NCBI GenBank assembly: GCA_963675295.2
Contig: CAXXKJ010000002.1
Coordinates: 1,728,001-1,792,000, forward strand
Origin: a bacterium
GTDB lineage: Bacteria; Electryoneota; Electryoneia; Electryoneales; Electryoneaceae
Direction of reading: 5' to 3'
Length of the DNA: 64,000 nt
Both the position numbers and the translations under genes were made by a program. Below are positions 57,686 to 64,000 of the stretch, piece by piece; the stretch's first letter is position 1, and the number at the start of each line of letters is the position of its first letter. The notes under the pieces are model-generated. The model was given only the letters and a program-made list of their open reading frames with translations. It searched no databases and was not told where the DNA came from.

Positions 57686-60043
57686 CTACTTCATCAGCAC
57701 CAACTTGCGTTCGAACGACTGTTCCCCGGCGCTGTACTTGAGGTAATATGTGCCGGATGCGAGCTGGCTGCCGTCGAAGGTAACCTCGTACGTCCCCGCT
57801 GGATACGCACCTTCGGCCAGCGTGGCGACATGCCGGCCGAGCACGTCAAACACGTCCAGCTTCACATCCGATGGGTGGGGCAGCGCGTAGTGGATCGTGG
57901 TCTGCGCGTTGAACGGGTTCGGATAGACACTCACCATGTCAAACGTTGCCGGCTGGAACACCCAAGGTTCATCCACGGATGATCCGTCGAAGTCATAGTA
58001 GGACAGTCCGACCCGGCTATCGACCCACAGCCGCTGTCGGTACTTGTCGAACCACAGGTCGCGAATACCGCTGCTCTGCTGCGGATATGGGAATTCAGTT
58101 TCCATCGGATGCCAGAGATAGCCGATGTTGTCGGAGATCCTCATGCCGTAATACTCTTCCGGCTCGAAGACGGCAACGAGGAAAGTATCGTTCGAGGTTT
58201 CAGCCAGATCCCACGCGATCGGCGTCGGGTTCTGATAGCTGCGCAACACCCAGCCGTCATCCTCGGTGAATCCCCAGAAGGTATAGCCTGCTGCCAGCAG
58301 AACGGCGTCATTATGGCTGAGGATTTTGAGGCAGCCTTCGACGAGGAAATCCTGCCGCGGGAAGTCGGTTGATTCCCAGAACGACCCCACGGTCGAACTG
58401 CGCAGGATGTCGATGGCGTTCGGTTCGTGTGCGTAGAAATAGCCGTTATGGTAGTGCATCGGGCCGAGCAGGTGCGGATCAAAGGAAACATCCGACCAGG
58501 ATTCGCCGAGGTCATGCGACACCCATCCGCTGGACGCGTAGTTGTCGCGTCCGACGAGAACCGTTTCATCGTCAACGGAGAACGCTTCCAACTCCTCGAA
58601 CGACTGGTATTCAGGGATCGCGGTCGTCGAACTGGCGGACCACGATTCGCCGACGTTGTCGGAGAGCATGACGGTGATCAGGGATTGCGTGCCGGTCAGC
58701 GGCGTCTGCAGGTCGAGATAGCCGATCCTGCCGTCCGGCAGCATGAAACCGTTGTAATGGGCGGTGTTATCCGGGAGGATATCGGGCACAATCGGGGCGA
58801 ACTGCGTGGATTCGTCTCGTGCCAGCCACAACGAACCGCCAGAGGTGTTGAACCAGGTCGCGGAGACATTCTGCGGAAGATTTTCCTGTGTCGGAATCGC
58901 GACACCAGCTGGCGGCGCGGTCAGCTTACTCCACGTTTCACCGGCATCTTCGGAGCGGTAAAGGCCCTGGTCGAGCAGGCTTACGTAGAGATGGCCACTG
59001 AAGGGGTTGTGGTACAACGCTTTGCCAGGCATCGCACGGTCGGGCAGACCATGTTGCAGATGGGTCCAGCTGAGGCCGTGGTCATCGGATTGCCACACGC
59101 CGAAGTTGCCGGACGAAGTCAGCAGTACGCGTCCCGGAATCTCCGGAACAGTCTCGATCTGGTTCGCGACCAACCGGTCCGGTAAACCCTGATACGGGAA
59201 CCAATGCCACGAGTCGCCATTGTCCTGCGAGCGCAGCAACAGCAAGAACGGCAGCTCGGTATCATTCCAGACGGTCACCGCGAGCAAGTCGCCGTTCGCC
59301 AGCTTGGCCATGTCCGTGATCTCACCCTCGGCGCCGGCGGTCAGGGTTTCCATTTCGGTCACTCGTGTCCATGTTGCTCCGCCATCCGGGCTGCGGAGGA
59401 TACCGCCGGACGGTTCATTAGTCGAGGCGTCTTCGTTGGTCCAACCGCCGTAGATAAACACATTGTCCGGGTTGTCCGGATCGACGAACAGGCCATTAAC
59501 GTCATCGGTCAGGATGCGAATGTCTTTGAAATCCCAGTTTGATCCGTTGTTGGCGGTGTAGGCGAATCCGTTCTTGCAGGCGAAATAGACGCGGCCCGCC
59601 GGATCATTCAGAATCTGCCAGGCACCGGCGGTGGGATTCGGCCAGTTGTTGGGCCAGTGATACTGCATGGAATAGGTAGACCAGCTGAGGCCGCCGTTAA
59701 AGGAATGCCAGTCCAGCTGATTGCCGCTCTGGACGGTACAGGTGACGAGCAGGGTGTCCCCGGCGGGATCGAAAGCCTGGATGGTTTGCGCGAGTACCAT
59801 GCCGGCGTAGGTGATCGAGTGGTTCCACGGCTGCCAGGATTCACCGCTGTTAATGCTGATCCAGTAGCCGCCGAACTCAGTCGCGACGATGATCTTTTCG
59901 CCGGAGGAATCCGCCGCGATCCCCCAGGGTGCGCTGGTGCCAGCATGGGATGTTTGCCACGTCTGGGCAAACCCCGGCGAAACCACGAATGCGAACAGAA
60001 CCAGAACCGTGCCTGCGAGCCGTAATCCTGCTGTCATCTTCAT
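57686..60043 (-). CDS. Secreted BNR/Asp-box (sialidase/VPS10-like propeller) protein with T9SS CTD
   Basis: Multiple S-x-D/N-x-G-x-S/T-W motifs; YPNPFN CTD; start approximate. Confidence 0.85.
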   Translation of the reverse strand: MKMTAGLRLAGTVLVLFAFVVSPGFAQTWQTSHAGTSAPWGIAADSSGEKIIVATEFGGYWISINSGESWQPWNHSITYAGMVLAQTIQAFDPAGDTLLVTCTVQSGNQLDWHSFNGGLSWSTYSMQYHWPNNWPNPTAGAWQILNDPAGRVYFACKNGFAYTANNGSNWDFKDIRILTDDVNGLFVDPDNPDNVFIYGGWTNEDASTNEPSGGILRSPDGGATWTRVTEMETLTAGAEGEITDMAKLANGDLLAVTVWNDTELPFLLLLRSQDNGDSWHWFPYQGLPDRLVANQIETVPEIPGRVLLTSSGNFGVWQSDDHGLSWTHLQHGLPDRAMPGKALYHNPFSGHLYVSLLDQGLYRSEDAGETWSKLTAPPAGVAIPTQENLPQNVSATWFNTSGGSLWLARDESTQFAPIVPDILPDNTAHYNGFMLPDGRIGYLDLQTPLTGTQSLITVMLSDNVGESWSASSTTAIPEYQSFEELEAFSVDDETVLVGRDNYASSGWVSHDLGESWSDVSFDPHLLGPMHYHNGYFYAHEPNAIDILRSSTVGSFWESTDFPRQDFLVEGCLKILSHNDAVLLAAGYTFWGFTEDDGWVLRSYQNPTPIAWDLAETSNDTFLVAVFEPEEYYGMRISDNIGYLWHPMETEFPYPQQSSGIRDLWFDKYRQRLWVDSRVGLSYYDFDGSSVDEPWVFQPATFDMVSVYPNPFNAQTTIHYALPHPSDVKLDVFDVLGRHVATLAEGAYPAGTYEVTFDGSQLASGTYYLKYSAGEQSFERKLVLMK

Positions 60044-60104
60044 CCTCGATGGTGGAGTCAATTCCGGGCGTAGTGAGCAATCGTCAAGGATAAAGGTGTT
60101 GCGT

Positions 60105-62450
60105 TTATTTCAGCAATACAAGTTTCCGCTCGAAAGTTGTCACATTGCTTTCGTACCTCAGGAAGTAGGAGCCCGACGGCAGAGCGCACCCGTCGAACGC
60201 GATCTCATGCCTGCCGGGTTGACGCAGCCCATCCGTGAGCGTCGCGACATGCCGTCCGAGCACGTCAAACACGTGCAGCTTGACCGGTTGCGGTGAGTTG
60301 AGTGTGAACCGGATCGTGGTCGAGGCGTTGAACGGGTTCGGGTAAGCGGTCAGTAGCTCGTGGTCCGCCGGTTGCAGCGCCCACGGCTCGCCGACGCTTG
60401 TCTCCTCCATGTCGAGGTACACAAGCCCGACACCGCTGTCCACCCACAGCCGTTGACGGTAGGTGTCGTAACTGATGTTCGCAATTTGATTACTTTGGTT
60501 CGGCCACGGGTATTCCAGTTCCTGCTGTTGCCAGCTATGCCCCATGTCATACGACACCATAAGTCCGTTTATGTACACTGGATACATGTCCGCGACCAGG
60601 AACGTGTCTTCGTCCGTGATAACCAGGTCCCACGTGCTGATGTAGCCATCCAGCTCACTTCGCTGTTCCCACGAATCGTCAGGCAGAAATGCCCACAGGT
60701 ATTCCGGTGTGACAAGATACAGGGTGTCGGCGAGACTGATCATCGGTGGACCTGCATACTGCAGTTGGCTGGGCTGCGGAAATCCCTGTGGGAACCAGGT
60801 TGGTCCGATCGACCAGGAACGCACCAGCTCGCCTTCGGTCAAGTCAATCGCGTAATACTGGTCGCGATGTTGCCGGATGTGACCCATCCAGCCGGTGGTG
60901 ACTTCGATCGGATCCCACGTGTCGCCCATGTCATCCGACAGGTAGATAGTCTGCTGGAAGGTGTTGCCACCCAACAGCCGGACGTTGTCGTTCTCGACGA
61001 AGGCCTGGGTAAACGTAAAGCCTTCGCCAGCCTCAAAGACAGTTTCCGCGCTCTCTGTCCACGTATCCCCGCCATCGTCAGACCACTTGATGCTGATTGT
61101 TCGCTGCTCTGTGAGCAGGTCGCTGACACGCTTTGTGTATCCGACCATCCCCTCTGGAAGGGCGAATCCGTTAAGGTAAGTGTGACTGCCAAAGAGTGGA
61201 GGTTCGGTGATCTGAACGAATTCGGTCGAGCTGCCCGACGCGAACCAGATGTTGCCGTCAATCGAGTTGAACCAGAACCCGTCCGGCTGGGCGGGTGCTG
61301 AGTAACCGGATGCGGTGCGCACTCCCACTGGAGGACCGGGGATTTCCGTCCAACTAAGACCGAAATCGGTGGACCGGAACAGCCCTTGTTCGTTGAGGCC
61401 TATGTAGAGATGTCCGCTGAACGGGTTGCGATACAGGCACGTGCCCCATTGAGGCGCCTCAGGCAGACCGTTTTCGATCCGTGCCCACGTGCTGCCGGAA
61501 TCCTCGCTGATCCAGACACCGGACCGGTTTCTCGCCGTCAGGATCAGTCGTCCGGGTACCTCCGGCACGGCGATCAGCTCGTTTGCCAGCAGGTAGCCCG
61601 GCAGTCCCTGGTACGGAAGCCACTCCCAGGTCAGGCCATTGTTGGTGGAACGGATGAACTGCAGACTGGGTAGTGAGTTTTGCGGCCAAACCGTTGCGAT
61701 CAATGTGCCATCCGGCAGCCGGGTGAGGCTGTACACGTGTCCGCGTTCCACGCCGGTCATCGCTATCAGATCGACTATCCGATCCCAGGTACGCCCGCGG
61801 TCATAGCTGGCGATGATCCCGCCGGAGGGTTCCAATGTGTATGGATCTTCATCAGTCCAGCCGCCATACACTAAGACATTGTCGGGATTATCCGGATTGA
61901 CATACAAACCGTCTGCCGTGAAAATCAGAGGTTCGATGTCAGCGACCTGCCACCAGTGGCCGCCATCGCTGGACACCGCGAAACCATGCTGCGTTGCGCA
62001 GTAGATGCGTCCGGCAGGTTCACTCATGATTTTCCAGATACCGCCACCCGGTCCGGCCAGGGTGTCTGGCCAGAAGGGGTCCATGTCGAATGTCGACCAC
62101 GTCGCCCCGCCATTCTCCGTATGGTATTCCGGCTCAAATTCATTGGCGAAATAACAATTCAACTGGATGAATTCACCAGTCGGGTCCACAAAGTCGACGG
62201 ATGTAGCCTGCAACATGAACTCGTTGCTGATATACTGGTTGAAGGGTTCCCAGTTTTGCCCACCGTCCTGTGTCAACCAGTAACCGCCGCCCTGGAACGC
62301 CGCGATGATCTTATTGCCGGATGAGTCAGCGGCGATGCTTTCGGGCGCGGCTTGTCCATTGACGACAAATCCCCATTCCTCGGCGAAAGCTGCGGTTGAC
62401 AGCAACGTGATGAGCGTAATGCAAAGCAGGCCGGTCAGTGTGCGAATCAT
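60105..62450 (-). CDS. Secreted BNR/Asp-box protein with T9SS CTD (paralog)
   Basis: Asp-box repeats (SYDRGRTW, STNNGLTW, SDDGGDTW); collinear with CDS 57686; YPNPFN CTD. Confidence 0.87.
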   Translation of the reverse strand: MIRTLTGLLCITLITLLSTAAFAEEWGFVVNGQAAPESIAADSSGNKIIAAFQGGGYWLTQDGGQNWEPFNQYISNEFMLQATSVDFVDPTGEFIQLNCYFANEFEPEYHTENGGATWSTFDMDPFWPDTLAGPGGGIWKIMSEPAGRIYCATQHGFAVSSDGGHWWQVADIEPLIFTADGLYVNPDNPDNVLVYGGWTDEDPYTLEPSGGIIASYDRGRTWDRIVDLIAMTGVERGHVYSLTRLPDGTLIATVWPQNSLPSLQFIRSTNNGLTWEWLPYQGLPGYLLANELIAVPEVPGRLILTARNRSGVWISEDSGSTWARIENGLPEAPQWGTCLYRNPFSGHLYIGLNEQGLFRSTDFGLSWTEIPGPPVGVRTASGYSAPAQPDGFWFNSIDGNIWFASGSSTEFVQITEPPLFGSHTYLNGFALPEGMVGYTKRVSDLLTEQRTISIKWSDDGGDTWTESAETVFEAGEGFTFTQAFVENDNVRLLGGNTFQQTIYLSDDMGDTWDPIEVTTGWMGHIRQHRDQYYAIDLTEGELVRSWSIGPTWFPQGFPQPSQLQYAGPPMISLADTLYLVTPEYLWAFLPDDSWEQRSELDGYISTWDLVITDEDTFLVADMYPVYINGLMVSYDMGHSWQQQELEYPWPNQSNQIANISYDTYRQRLWVDSGVGLVYLDMEETSVGEPWALQPADHELLTAYPNPFNASTTIRFTLNSPQPVKLHVFDVLGRHVATLTDGLRQPGRHEIAFDGCALPSGSYFLRYESNVTTFERKLVLLK

Positions 62451-62546
62451 GGTTACCCCCAGTCAGCACCAGTCAATCCGATCAGTATCGGTTGCGGAAG
62501 CAATGTTTGACTATCGATTAAGACAATCACCAGCAATAGCTTCACA

Positions 62547-64000
62547 TCACTTGATCAACACCAGTTTCCGTTCCTCTGTCACCGATCCATGCTGGCAACG
62601 CAGGTAGTACGTTCCCGACGGATACCCCGCCGCGTCAAACATCAGCTGATGCTCTCCCGCTGGACGCAATCCGTCCGCGAGCGTCGCCACATGCCGCCCG
62701 AGCACGTCGAACACGTCCAGCTTGACCTGCTGCGGCGAGTCGAGCGCGAACCGAACGGTGGTGGACGCGTTGAACGGGTTCGGGTACGCGGTTAGCAGAT
62801 CGAACTCAGCCGGTTGCAGCACCCACGGATCGTGTACGGATCGTGTCGCGAAGTCGAGGTACGCCAGCCCGCTGCCCGTGTCCACCCATAACCGTTGCCG
62901 CCATGGATCCCAGCAGATTGCGGCGAACAGGCTGGTCTGGAACGGCCAGTCGAATTCGAGGTGCTGTTCCTGCCATGTGCGGCCGGTGTCGAACGAGACG
63001 ACCATATTCGAGTAGTAGTCCGCGTTCAAGGCAACTACGAAGGAATCGCTACTCGTGGTCACGTATTCCCAGTCCACGAACTCTGTGAAGAATTGGTCGA
63101 TCATCTGTCCGTGATCTTGCCAGCTCTGTGCGGGTGAACTGGAATAGCTGTGGTTGCGGTCATGGACGAGCAATGTGTCCCCGATGACGAGCGGGTATCG
63201 CGCAAAGGAACCGTAGTAGTCATCCGCCGGGACATTCATCGCCTCCCACGGCCCCCCGATTTCCCTGCTGCGGAAAAGATCGTCGTGTCCCCAGTCAACA
63301 AAGTAGAAGTAGTCCTGCTGATAAGAGATGTACCAGAAGTAGTGGCTGTCGTAGAAGTAAACGGTTTCCCAGGATTCGCCAAGATCGTAAGAAACGGCTA
63401 CGTGGTTGTTATCCCAATCGTCCTCACCGACCAGCATGATGGTTCCGTTGATCGGAAAGGCGTGGACATAGACAAAATCCTCGAACTCCGGCGGGGTATA
63501 GAGCGCTGACTCTGTCCACGTGGTGCCGCCATCCTCCGACAGCACGATCCGGTTGTCACCAGTTACCTGGCCCGGCGCGACCTCGCGTGCGAGATAGGCG
63601 ATCGACTGACCGGGCAAGGAGATCGGGGTCAGCAGCTGAAAGGTACCCTCCGGATGCGGACGGTCGATCTCGGTGAAGCTGGTTGAGGTGCCCTGTGCAA
63701 ACCATAAGCTACCGTCACGTCCGGCGTGCATCACACCGGCTTCGTCCGCAATCAGCTGGTCGCGTTCTTCACAATCGATCCCGACTGGCGGTCCGGGAAT
63801 CAGTTGCCACGTATCACCGTGATCCGTAGAGTGGAAAATCCCCTCACCGGCGGCGCTGAGGAACAGATCTCCGGAAGCAGGGTTACGCTGAATGTCACCA
63901 CACGCGATCGGTTTGTCCGCAAAGGGTCCGTCCGCCGGGAACCAGGTCAAGCCGTAATCGTCCGACTGCCAGACTCCCTTCACCGATGACCACGCCGATC
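62547..64000 (-). CDS. Secreted BNR/Asp-box protein with T9SS CTD (paralog), 5'-truncated by window edge
   Basis: SDDYGLTW, STDHGDTW, SEDGGTTW; LWVDTGSGL...EPW/DPW-LQPA...YPNPFN; frame open to the window end. Confidence 0.85.
   Translation of the reverse strand, partial: SAWSSVKGVWQSDDYGLTWFPADGPFADKPIACGDIQRNPASGDLFLSAAGEGIFHSTDHGDTWQLIPGPPVGIDCEERDQLIADEAGVMHAGRDGSLWFAQGTSTSFTEIDRPHPEGTFQLLTPISLPGQSIAYLAREVAPGQVTGDNRIVLSEDGGTTWTESALYTPPEFEDFVYVHAFPINGTIMLVGEDDWDNNHVAVSYDLGESWETVYFYDSHYFWYISYQQDYFYFVDWGHDDLFRSREIGGPWEAMNVPADDYYGSFARYPLVIGDTLLVHDRNHSYSSSPAQSWQDHGQMIDQFFTEFVDWEYVTTSSDSFVVALNADYYSNMVVSFDTGRTWQEQHLEFDWPFQTSLFAAICWDPWRQRLWVDTGSGLAYLDFATRSVHDPWVLQPAEFDLLTAYPNPFNASTTVRFALDSPQQVKLDVFDVLGRHVATLADGLRPAGEHQLMFDAAGYPSGTYYLRCQHGSVTEERKLVLIK

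Noticed and set aside
55481-64000. Diversity-generating retroelement acting on the repeated C-termini
   Set aside because: No reverse transcriptase in the window; differences between the CTD copies are mostly synonymous and not adenine-specific.

Overview
This is a GC-rich bacterial chromosomal segment. It is inferred to come from a non-Bacteroidota member of the FCB superphylum: it has seven proteins ending in a PNPFN-type T9SS/Por C-terminal sorting domain (CTD), a GWxTD protein and GGAG-type ribosome-binding sites. About 54 CDS are supported. They include a complete, visibly lower-GC mrpABCDEFG Na+/H+ antiporter operon, msrA, a TreS-maltokinase fusion, an arsR-acr3-arsC-arsM arsenic operon, system II cytochrome c maturation genes (resB/ccsA), an EIIA + sodium:solute symporter pair, a NYN nuclease, an ECF sigma/anti-sigma cluster, ftsY, purN, an M16 peptidase pair and a tandem array of secreted BNR/Asp-box proteins. 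One IS1182-family element (50682-52295) is flanked by a 36-bp direct repeat that is essentially a perfect palindrome and recurs elsewhere in the window. The most notable unexplained patterns are four: (i) secreted-protein genes with AT-rich N-terminal passenger regions joined to GC-rich host-like C-terminal modules, with a CTD shared between unrelated passengers; (ii) a four-copy REP-like hairpin family with compensatory base changes; (iii) many intergenic 6/7-mer tandem tracts; (iv) a structured leader in front of the NYN gene. No rRNA, tRNA, CRISPR array, integron or reverse transcriptase was recognised. All product calls come from motif recognition by eye, and GC contrasts are visual, not computed.
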